NCBI GenBank assembly: GCA_963667785.2
Contig: CAXXMU010000002.1
Coordinates: forward strand, 320,001-384,000
DNA length: 64,000 nt
Source of the DNA: Alphaproteobacteria bacterium
GTDB taxonomy: Bacteria; Pseudomonadota; Alphaproteobacteria; UBA828
Direction of reading: 5' to 3'
Of this stretch, positions 9,997 through 18,897 are shown one piece after another. The position numbers and the translations under genes are program-made. The notes beneath the pieces were generated by a model. It was not told where the DNA came from. It did not search any database and was given only the letters and a program-made list of their open reading frames with translations. Numbering within the stretch: the stretch's first letter is position 1; every line of letters starts with the position of its first letter.

Positions 9997-12379
9997 CCGA
10001 TCTCATCGCGGACCGCTGGCTCCTCGATCGCCCGAACTCCTATATCGGCCGGTCCGTTCCGCGCCCCAACGCGCCCCGGCTTGCGGAAGGCCGCGGCGCC
10101 TTCGTCGACGATATCGAGATCGGCGGGCGGGCGGGGCACGCGGCCTTCGTGCGCTCTCCCCACGCGCATGCCCGGATCAGGTCCATCGACGCGGACGCGG
10201 CCAGGGCGGCGCCGGGGGTGATCGCGGTCGTGAACGGGCGCGAGCTCGCGGAGATACACGACCCCTGGGTCGGCGTGCTGTCGCATCTCAAAGGCCTCAA
10301 GTCCGCGCCGCAATATGCGCTGCCGCTGGAAACGGCGACTTGGCAGGGCGAGGCGGTGGTGGCGGTGGTCGCTGAGAGCCGCGCCAGGGCCGAGGACGCG
10401 GTGGAGCGCGTGACGATCGACTGGGAGGTGCTGCCGGCCGTCGCCGACGCCGAGACCGCGCTCGACCCCGCTACGACCGTCATCCACGAGAGCCTCGGCG
10501 ACAACCTCGCCTGGCGGCGCGAGGCGGACTTCGGCGATATCGAGGCGGCTTACGCGGAGGCCGACCATATCGTCGAGGAAACCTATGTCTTCGCCCGGCA
10601 TACGGGGGTATGCGTCGAACCGCGCGCCATCCTCGCGGACTGGAACCCGGGGGAGGGACAGCTCACCGTGTGGCACAACAACCAGTGCCCGCACATGGTC
10701 CAGAACATCCTCGCGACCCACTTCCGCCTCGACGAGCACCGGGTCCGCGTGATCGCGCGCGATGTGGGCGGATCGTTCGGAATCAAGGTCCACACCTATG
10801 CGGACGAGATCGCGACCGTCGGGCTCTCGATCCTGCTCAAGCGGCCGGTCAAGTTCGTGGCGGACAGGCTGGAGAGCTTCCTCTCCGACATCCATGCGCG
10901 TGACCAGCGGGTCCTGGGGAAGATCGCCGTCAGGGAGGACGGCACCATCCTCGCGTTCGAGATCGACGCGCTCAGCGGAATCGGTCCCTATTCCATGTAT
11001 CCGCGCACGAGCGGGATTGAGGCGAACCAGATCGTGAACCTGACGGGCGGCCCCTACGCCTTCGACCACTACCGGGCCCAGGCGACCGTCGTCTTCCAGA
11101 ACAAGAACATGATGTGCCAGTACCGCGCGGTCGGACATCCGGTCAAATGCGCGGTGACCGAGGGGCTCGTGGATGCGGCGGCGCGCGCGACCGGCCTCGA
11201 TCCGGCCGAGATTCGCCGGCGGAACCTGCGCGCGGACGATTCCTACCCCTGCCGCTCGGCGCAGGGGCTCCCGTTCGAGAACCTCTCGCACCAGGAGAGC
11301 CTCGCGAAACTCCTGGACGCGATGGACTACGACGCCCTGAAGGCGGAGCGCGACGCCCTTCGCGCCGAGGGGGTCTATCGCGGCATCGGCCTTGCAAGCT
11401 TCATCGAGGTGACGAACCCGTCCGCGATGTTCTACGGCGTGGGCGGCGCGCGCATATCCGCGCAGGACGGGGCGACCATGCGCCTCGACGCGCGCGGCAA
11501 CGTGTTCGTAGCCACGGGCGCGACCGAGCAGGGCCAGGGCATGGAGGCGGTGATCTCGCAGGTCGCGGCGACGGCCGTCGGCGTGCCTCCCGACGACTCA
11601 AGATCGTCACCGGCGACACGGAGCACACGCCCTATGGCGGCGGCACGTGGGCCTCGCGCGCGGCCGGCATAGGCGGAGAAGCGGTGGCCCAGGCGGGCCG
11701 CGCGCTCCGGCAGCAGATCCTGCGCGCCGCCGCGGTCATGCTCCAGGAGGAGGCGGAGAACCTGGACATCCGGGGCGGGGTCGTGGTGGACGGGGCGAGC
11801 GGCGAGGAACGCATCGGCCTCGATGAGGTCGGACGCATCTGCTACTACCGGCCCGATACCCTGCCGGACGGCTTCCAGTCGGAGCTGGTCGCGACCCGCC
11901 ACTACGTCCCGCGCAAGTACCCCTTCGCCTTCACCAACGGCGCGCAGGCGTCATACCTGGAAGTCGATATCGAGACCGGCTTCATCTCCCTGCTGGATCA
12001 CTGGTGCATCGAGGACTGCGGCACCGTCATCAATCCGCAGCTCGTGGACGAGCAGATCCGGGGCGGCATCGTGCAGGGGCTGGGCGCCGCGCTCTGGGAG
12101 CAGTGCGTCTACGACGGCGACGGGCAGATGCTGAACGCCACCATGGCGGACTATCTCGTGCCCATGGCGGCGGAGCTGCCCGACATGCGTTGCGGCCATG
12201 CGGTCTCGCCCACATCCGAGTCCGATCTCGGTGCCAAGGGGGCGGGCGAGGCCGGCACCTGCGGCGCGCCGGCCGCGGTGATGAATGCGCTCAACGACGC
12301 GCTCGCACCCCTCGGCGCGCGGCTCACCGACATGCCCTTCACGCCCCAGAAGGTGCTGCGCGCGCTCGGCAAGATCTGA
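9993..12379 (+). pseudogene. Molybdopterin-binding large subunit (CoxL/XDH family) split by a 1-nt deletion near 11598 (real lesion or sequencing error)
   Basis: N-part (DVGGSFG, QYRAVGHP, EQGQG) and C-part (KIVTGDT...GGTWASR, QIRGGIVQG, KGAGEAG) are in different frames and join at GACGAC-TCAAGATC. Confidence 0.85.
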
Positions 12380-12450
12380 GCCGCGAAACGGAAGGGACCG
12401 ACGGGTGGGGACGTCGCCCCGCGCCGAACCGCGCGCCGACGGACTCCGGA

Positions 12451-13075
12451 TCAGAAGATCTGTACGCGGATCGGGGTCGGCCGGCCTCCGGCAGCCGGGT
12501 TGTTGACCTGAGGGCAGTTGGAGACGATGGCGAGGACGTCGCGCTCCGCCCGCAGGTCAACGTGATCGCCGGGTCTGGACGGGCCGTCGACGAAGGTCCG
12601 CTCTGCCAGGCGGCCTCCTTCATGGACCGGCACGGCGCAGAAGAAGTTCACGTTGGGCACGATGTCCGTCCAGCCCAGGCCGTGTTCCGCCAAAGCGGCC
12701 AGGAAGTTCTCGCGGCATCCCGGCATGCCTTCCACGCCGTAGAGCATTGCGTTGCTCGGGGCGCTGCAGCAGCCGGCGATGGTGTCGTGATGACCGCAGC
12801 TGTCGGCCACCATGGTGAAGAGCGCCCGCCCCCGATCCGAGTAGAGCGCGTGGCCCGTGGTCAGGCGAAGGGTGCCGCTCTTCTTGATCGTGTTCGGCGC
12901 GTAGTAGCGCTCGCTGCGGGTCGGCCGCGTCGTAGCACAGGAAGTCGACGCCCTGCTCGCCCTCCAGGTCGACGATGCGCAGCACCTGGCCCCGCCGCAC
13001 GCGGGCCGACCACGGAGCGCCCGGCGCCACGACCTCGTCGTGGACGACAGGCGACGCGCCCTCTTCGTTCATCAC
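12451..13075 (-). pseudogene. Urea carboxylase-associated DUF1989-family protein with a 1-nt frameshift near 12915
   Basis: LRIVDLEGEQGVDFLCY continues in another frame as SERYYAPNT...HDTIAGCCS...SNCPQVNNP. Confidence 0.8.
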
Positions 13076-13239
13076 CGTGCCCTCCAGTCCGCTCCTTCGC
13101 CTACCCTAACCCATCCGGGCTGTCGTCCGGTGCCCGAAACGGTCGTCCCGCCGCGCCGGCCGCGCGTGGCCGGGAAACCGGCGATGCACTAGCATTCAGA
13201 ACCGGACCAGTCGCCGGAGGCAGGTCGAGGAGATACCCC

Positions 13240-14610
13240 ATGCCTGCCATTCGCAGCCTCGTCGTCGCGTTCGGCATCGTCCTGATGCTGGCGGCGACCG
13301 CCGCCCACGCCCGGGCAGAGGTCAACGACCGCGCCGTCATCCGAGCATTCCTGACCCTGCTCGTCGGCGACGTGAGCGACTCAGCGCGCGCCGCGGCGCT
13401 GATCGAAGCGCAGTGGCAACCATCGTTCCTGCCGATGGCTCTCGAGGTGATGCGCCTTGGCGGCAGCGCGGCGGTCACGGGCACCCTGCTGAGGATCATG
13501 GAACGGGAGACCGGCGCCGGGCACGGCCACGATCTCGACGCTTGGCAACGCGCCATGTGGAATGCGCCCGAGGCGCGGCACCCGCGCTATGCCGCCTTCA
13601 AGAGCGCGCTCTACAGCCTCATCGACCCGCGTTTCTCGGCGTACTTCGACACGGCCGGCGAGGCGCTCATCCGGCTCGACGAGATCGTCTGGGGCGGCGT
13701 GCGGCAGGACGGCATCCCGCCGCTCCGCGACCCGGCGATGCTGGCCGCGGACGACGCCGGCTATCTCGAGGACGACCACATCGTGTTCGGCATCTCCGTC
13801 AACGGCGACGCCCGCGCCTATCCGAAGCGCATCCTCGGCTGGCACGAGATGTTCGTCGATACCGTCGGCGGCGTGCCGGTCGCAGGCGTGTACTGCACGC
13901 TCTGCGGTACCGTGATCCTCTATCGCACCGAGCACGAAGGCGTGCCTCACCGGCTCGGCACGAGCGGCTTCCTCTACCGCTCCAACAAGCTCATGTACGA
14001 CCAGGCCACCCAGTCGCTGTGGAGCACGATGCGGGGCACGCCGGTGGTCGGGCCGCTTGTGGGCAAGGGCATCGTGCTGGAACGCGGGAGCGTGGTGACG
14101 ACCACCTGGGGCGAGTGGCGCAGGCGCCATCCCGCAACTCGGGTGCTCTCGCTCGATACCGGCCACCGGCGCGACTACGCCGAAGGGGCGGCCTACCGCG
14201 ACTACTTCGCGACCGACGAGCTGATGTTCTCCGTCCCGGCCCTCGACGGGCGGCTGAAGAACAAGGACGAGGTGTTCACGGTGCTGCTCGCCCGCCACCC
14301 CGAGGCGCCGCTTGCCATGTCGGCCGCGTTCCTCGCCCGGACCCCGGTCCATCACGATGCGATCGAAGGCACGGCGCTCGTGGTGCTCACCGATCCCTCG
14401 GGCGCGAACCGCGCCTACGCGAGCGAGGACGTGACGTTCACCCGCTACGACGGCGACCGCAGCGTGGAGGACGAAACCGGCATGACCTGGACGATGGACG
14501 AGCACGCGCTCACCGCCGAAGACGGCCGCGTGCTCCGCCGCCTCCCGGCGCAGCGGGCGTTCTGGTTCGGCTGGTTTGCGGCGTTCCCGAACACCCGGCT
14601 GGTGCGGTAG
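13240..14610 (+). CDS. DUF3179-family exported protein
   Basis: Signal peptide; WGGVRQDGIPPL, ARAYP..IL.WHE, YCTLCG, GTSGFLYRSNKLMYD, FWFGWFAAFP. Confidence 0.8.
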   Translation: MPAIRSLVVAFGIVLMLAATAAHARAEVNDRAVIRAFLTLLVGDVSDSARAAALIEAQWQPSFLPMALEVMRLGGSAAVTGTLLRIMERETGAGHGHDLDAWQRAMWNAPEARHPRYAAFKSALYSLIDPRFSAYFDTAGEALIRLDEIVWGGVRQDGIPPLRDPAMLAADDAGYLEDDHIVFGISVNGDARAYPKRILGWHEMFVDTVGGVPVAGVYCTLCGTVILYRTEHEGVPHRLGTSGFLYRSNKLMYDQATQSLWSTMRGTPVVGPLVGKGIVLERGSVVTTTWGEWRRRHPATRVLSLDTGHRRDYAEGAAYRDYFATDELMFSVPALDGRLKNKDEVFTVLLARHPEAPLAMSAAFLARTPVHHDAIEGTALVVLTDPSGANRAYASEDVTFTRYDGDRSVEDETGMTWTMDEHALTAEDGRVLRRLPAQRAFWFGWFAAFPNTRLVR

Positions 14611-14615
14611 CGGGC

Positions 14616-14657
14616 CGGAGGCGCCGGTCGAAGGCCGGCTTCCGTAAGTGAAAAATG
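14616..14657 (+). repeat. Degenerate partial copy of the dispersed hairpin repeat (see 28850 and 33831)
   Basis: CGGAGGCGCCGGTCGAAGGCCGGCTTCCGTAAGTGAAAATGG aligns to CGGAGGCGCCGGCTGCAAGCCGGCTGCCGTGAGCGAAAAGGG. Confidence 0.6.
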
Positions 14658-14749
14658 GTGGGAGGCCGGGCGTGCTCAGGTTGCCGGCGATCAAGACTGT
14701 TGGCCAGGCGGTGTAGCGGAACGGCCAACCACACCGATTGCAGCCACCG

Positions 14750-15172
14750 TTAGCGGACTGACCGAATATCCATAAAGCTCGTCGGCGTGAGTATCGGAAT
14801 GTTCTGGAACGGGGACATCTCGAGAAGGTCCCGGTCGCCGGTGACCAGGCAGTCCACCGCGCCCATCAGCGCCGTCTCCAGCAGCTTGTCGTCATCGGGA
14901 TCACGGCACCCGAGTTTCGCGCCGGCGATCGGAACCCATTCGGAGACCGCTTCGAGCTGGGCCAGGTAGACGGCCCTCCCGTCACGGCCGACATAACGAT
15001 CGAACTTCGGGAGAAGCAACCGCGTTCGCAACTCGTCGAACGTCTCGTCGGAGAACAGCAGCACGCCGCGCCCCTCCCGCACGGCATCGACGACCGCGCG
15101 TGGCGGCCCGTCCGGGCGAAGCGCCGCACTGATCAGGACGTTGGTGTCTAGGACGACACGCTCAGCTTTCAT
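14750..15172 (-). CDS. PIN-domain toxin of a type II toxin-antitoxin pair
   Basis: VVLDTNVLISA, CRDPDDDKLLE, LVTGDRDLL; overlaps the antitoxin stop. Confidence 0.9.
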   Translation of the reverse strand: MKAERVVLDTNVLISAALRPDGPPRAVVDAVREGRGVLLFSDETFDELRTRLLLPKFDRYVGRDGRAVYLAQLEAVSEWVPIAGAKLGCRDPDDDKLLETALMGAVDCLVTGDRDLLEMSPFQNIPILTPTSFMDIRSVR

Positions 15173-15413
15173 CCGCAAGCAGCGCGTCGAGCCGGGTCTC
15201 GGTCAAGCCCTTCGCGGAGGCTTCCTCGCCCAGGGCGTCCATGGTCGCGGTCAGGCGCTCCCACGCGGCGCCCCGAAGCCGCTCATACTGCTGGACCGAC
15301 ATCATCACGCCGACCGCGCGGCCCTTCCGCGTCACGCGCACGGGCGCGCTCTGCGCAGCATCGAGCAGGTGGCCGAAGCGGTTCTTGGCGTCTCTGGCGG
15401 CTATTTCCTTCAT
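15162..15413 (-). CDS. Phd/YefM-family antitoxin
   Basis: MKEIAARDAKNRFGHLLD...PVRVTRKGRAVGVMMS. Confidence 0.88.
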   Translation of the reverse strand: MKEIAARDAKNRFGHLLDAAQSAPVRVTRKGRAVGVMMSVQQYERLRGAAWERLTATMDALGEEASAKGLTETRLDALLADES

Positions 15414-15499
15414 GTAGCCAAGATAGCCACAATGGCTTTACGTCGCAATTGCTCTCTATCCGACGAACACCACGTCAGGCTTCGGTGACTCCGTGGCGT

Positions 15500-16813
15500 C
15501 TACCGTGCCAACCGCTGACGCGGCATCGGAATGCCGTGTTCGCGCAGCGTGCCTTGCACGCTCGGACGCTGAAGCCGGATGCGCCTGTCGCTCAACAGGT
15601 AGGAGCACACGTATCCGAGGCCCAGGATGAGCACGCCGATCAGGAAGCAGTAGATGATGGCGCGGTCGGGATACTGGTCCTTGAGATAGCCGATGTAGAG
15701 GGGACCGCAGACGCCGGCCGCCGCCCAGGCCGTCAGCATGATGCCGTAGACCGCCGACATCTTCCGCGCACCGAAGACGTCGAGGACGAACGAGGGCATG
15801 GTCGCGAAGCCGCCGCCGAAGCAGAGCATGATGTAGCAGACGAGAACCGAGAACACCCACGGATCGCGCTCGGTCATCAGGATGCCGAAGACGATCATCT
15901 GGCTGGCGAGCAGGATCCTGAAGACGCGGATGCGGCCGATGCGGTCGGACAGCAATCCCCAGAAGAGCCGCCCGAATCCGTTGCAGAGCGAGCTCGCGGC
16001 AATCAGCGTCGCGCCGTATTCGGCGAGGGTCTCCGGCTCCACGGACGGGTCGGCAAGTCCCCACACGTCCTGGAGCAGCGGCGACTGGAAGCTGATGACG
16101 GCGATGCCCGCGGCGATGTTGAAGAAGAAGACGAGCCACATGACGGCGAACTCGCCGGAATAGAGGCACTGGGCGGTCGAGTCCGGCTCGTCCTGCGCGC
16201 CCGACGTCCGGTCTTGCTGGAGGCGCCTCGTGAGCGCCGCAGGCGGGTCCCGCAATGCCAGGCTGCACGGGATCAGGACCGCGGCGAACACCACGCCGAG
16301 CCAGACGAAAAGCATCGCCAGATCGCCCTCCGTCTGCACCACCAGCAGGGGTGCCAGCCCCTTGCTGAGCACGACCGCGCCGATCCCGAAGCCCATGACG
16401 ACGATGCCCGTCGCCAGCCCCTTCTTGTCGGGGAACCACTTGGCCACCGTGGCGACGGGCGTGACGTAGCCGAGCCCGATCCCGATGCCGCCGATCACGC
16501 CGTAGCCGAGGTAGAAGAGCACGAGGCTGTCGAGCTGAAGGGCGAGGCCCGCGATCATGTAGCCGCCCGAGAACAGCGCGCTGCCGGCAAGCGCCAACGT
16601 TCGCGGCCCGACCCTGGGCAGGATCATGCCCGCTCCCGCCGCGGACATGCCGAGCGAGAATATCGTGATGCTGAACGCGAGCGCAGTATCGGTGAACGAC
16701 CAGCCGAGCTGCCTCACAAGGAGCGTCTGGAAGAAGCTCCACGCATAGACGGTCCCGAAGCAGACCTGCAGGACCGTGCAATAGAGGATCGCGGCGACGC
16801 GCGAGTGAGCCAT
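15500..16813 (-). CDS. MFS transporter, oxalate/formate antiporter (OFA) family
   Basis: GTVYAWSFF, KWFPDKKGLATG, NGFGRLFWGLLSDRIGR; about 12 hydrophobic segments. Confidence 0.88.
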   Translation of the reverse strand: MAHSRVAAILYCTVLQVCFGTVYAWSFFQTLLVRQLGWSFTDTALAFSITIFSLGMSAAGAGMILPRVGPRTLALAGSALFSGGYMIAGLALQLDSLVLFYLGYGVIGGIGIGLGYVTPVATVAKWFPDKKGLATGIVVMGFGIGAVVLSKGLAPLLVVQTEGDLAMLFVWLGVVFAAVLIPCSLALRDPPAALTRRLQQDRTSGAQDEPDSTAQCLYSGEFAVMWLVFFFNIAAGIAVISFQSPLLQDVWGLADPSVEPETLAEYGATLIAASSLCNGFGRLFWGLLSDRIGRIRVFRILLASQMIVFGILMTERDPWVFSVLVCYIMLCFGGGFATMPSFVLDVFGARKMSAVYGIMLTAWAAAGVCGPLYIGYLKDQYPDRAIIYCFLIGVLILGLGYVCSYLLSDRRIRLQRPSVQGTLREHGIPMPRQRLAR

Positions 16814-16820
16814 CGAAGGG

Positions 16821-17567
16821 CTATTCCTTCCCGCCCGGCTGCACGAGCCCGCTGGCCTTGTCTCGATCCATGACCTGCGAGAAGTAGAGGAAGAGGCGCG
16901 CAAGCTCGCCGGCTTCGTCGTTGCGGGCGAGCAGCTTCTCGTTCCCCTTGCCGTCGGCCTCCCGTTCGCGCGCGAGCTTCACCGCAAAGGCGAGAACCCC
17001 GTCGACCGGCCTCGATGCCTGGCCGACGAGCCAGATCGCCGCGAGGATGCCGACCACGAAGATGATGGAGATGAGATAGACCTGCTGGCCGATCGCTCTC
17101 TGGATCTTCAGCGCGACCAGTCCGGTGTCCATGCCGATGTGCACCGCGCCGGCGACTCCCGCCAGGATCGGACTGGCGACTTCGACGAAATCGCCCATGC
17201 CCGGCAGGCTTCGTTCCACGGTCACCGTGCTGGTCGCATCTCCCGTCCTGATCTCCTCCGGTATTCCCGGAACGAAGGTATGGGCGAGGAATTCCCCCGT
17301 TTCGCTGGTGATGTAGATGTAGCTGATGCCCTGGATCTCGACGAACTGATCGATCAGGGACTGGAGCGCCGTCAGGTTCCTGTTCAGCAGGATGTCGACA
17401 CTGGAATCGGCGATCGTCTTGGCGATGTCCCGGCTGTTCGACTCGTACTCCTCGGACAGGTGCGTATCGACCGTGTAGATGCAGAGAACCGATGTCGATA
17501 CGCCGATCACGCCGAACAGGAAGAACACGCCGAACAGCGTCTTTCGGAAGAGCTTCTGGATTCTCAT
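16821..17567 (-). CDS. Membrane sensor-like protein (TM-periplasmic-TM-HAMP) with no output domain
   Basis: Two hydrophobic segments flank a soluble domain; C-terminal HAMP-like RPV...RNDEAGELARLF, then stop. Confidence 0.65.
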   Translation of the reverse strand: MRIQKLFRKTLFGVFFLFGVIGVSTSVLCIYTVDTHLSEEYESNSRDIAKTIADSSVDILLNRNLTALQSLIDQFVEIQGISYIYITSETGEFLAHTFVPGIPEEIRTGDATSTVTVERSLPGMGDFVEVASPILAGVAGAVHIGMDTGLVALKIQRAIGQQVYLISIIFVVGILAAIWLVGQASRPVDGVLAFAVKLAREREADGKGNEKLLARNDEAGELARLFLYFSQVMDRDKASGLVQPGGKE

Positions 17568-17568
17568 G

Positions 17569-18849
17569 TCAGGCGAACCTGTCTTGCCAGCTGTCCAGGG
17601 GAACGAAGCGGCCTTCGTCGACAACGGTGTAGTAGACCTTCTGCAAGCCCTGGCGGCGCTCCGGTCCGAACGACACCAGCTCCCCGATCCCGAGATCGAA
17701 GTCGCTTATGCTGAAGACGGCGTCATCCAGCGCACCTCTCGCCGGGCTGTCGCCCAGGCGGGCCAGTATCTCGACCATCAGCTTGGCGTTGAGGAAGCCC
17801 TCCAGGCTGACGAAGCTGTGCGGGAACGGCGCGTAGTCCTCTCTCAGCAGCTCCTGCGGCGGCTGAGGGTCGTGTTGCGCCATCAACTGCTGGTACTGCC
17901 CGACCGCCGGAATCGCCGCGTCGTGATAGCTCGGCACGACCTGCGAGTTCACCAGCAGCTTGGTGTAGCGCTCGCCGTCGTCACGCCCCTGGGTGATGAG
18001 ATTGAGGAGGTTCTCGCTGCCGACGAACGAGACGTTGGCGATGGGCACCCGCAAGCCGAGGTCCACCGCGTCGCGCAGGAACGCGGCACACGCGGCGTAG
18101 GCGCCGATGCATATGACCGCATCGGGGCGCGATGCCTTCAGGATCTCCACCTGATCCCGCATGATGCCCGTGAACTTCGAGCCCCGCCGGTAGGTCGCCT
18201 CGCCGACGATCCGCTCGCCGAAGGGTTTCAGGGCCCGGCGAACGCCGGCCCAGCCGCTGCGGCCGTAGGCGTCGGCCTGATAGAAGACGGCGATGCGCTT
18301 GCGGCCGATGCCGACGAAGTTCTGAACCAGGCCGGCCGTCTCCTGCCGGTAGGAGGCACGCAGATTGAAGGCGAAGGCGCCGTATGGCGGCTCCCGCTGC
18401 GGCTGTGCGCCGGTGAACGGAAAGAAGAGATAGATCTCTCTCTCCTGAAATTTCTTGAGCATGGGAAGGACGCGCGTGACCGTCGGCGTGCCGACATAGC
18501 CGAAGAGCGCGAAGACCTCGTCCTCCAGCATCAGGGTCATGGTGTTCTGGACCGAGGGGTCGGGCTGATAGCCGTCGTCGTAGGTCCTGAGAACGACTCT
18601 CCGGCCCCTGACGCCGCCCTGGCGGTTGATGTGCTCGAAATAGGCGCTGGCGCCGCGGAAGAGCTCGATGCCGAGACCGCGCGACGGGCCGGAGAACGCG
18701 GCGGACATGCCGAGCACGATCTCGCCGTCGGTCACGCCCGATGATGCCGCCGCGCCGACGGGGCGCCAGCAGAGCCCTGTCAGGCATCCGGCAAGGCCGT
18801 ATCGAAGGAAGCCTCTTCTCGTCGTCGATGTCCCTAGAGGTACGCCCAT
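17569..18849 (-). CDS. Type I periplasmic (LivJ-like) solute-binding protein with Tat signal
   Basis: TTRRGFLR Tat motif; LGMSAAFSGPS, YDDGYQP, GYVGTPT, NLRASY. Confidence 0.85.
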   Translation of the reverse strand: MGVPLGTSTTRRGFLRYGLAGCLTGLCWRPVGAAASSGVTDGEIVLGMSAAFSGPSRGLGIELFRGASAYFEHINRQGGVRGRRVVLRTYDDGYQPDPSVQNTMTLMLEDEVFALFGYVGTPTVTRVLPMLKKFQEREIYLFFPFTGAQPQREPPYGAFAFNLRASYRQETAGLVQNFVGIGRKRIAVFYQADAYGRSGWAGVRRALKPFGERIVGEATYRRGSKFTGIMRDQVEILKASRPDAVICIGAYAACAAFLRDAVDLGLRVPIANVSFVGSENLLNLITQGRDDGERYTKLLVNSQVVPSYHDAAIPAVGQYQQLMAQHDPQPPQELLREDYAPFPHSFVSLEGFLNAKLMVEILARLGDSPARGALDDAVFSISDFDLGIGELVSFGPERRQGLQKVYYTVVDEGRFVPLDSWQDRFA

Positions 18850-18897
18850 CTGACCTCGCCCGCGCGGCATACCGGAGTAGCGGCTCGCCGCCGCGCT

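Noticed and set aside
9993-12379. Aerobic CO dehydrogenase (coxL)
   Set aside because: Active-site loop is QYRAVG, not AYxCSFR or AYRGAGR; no cox accessory genes
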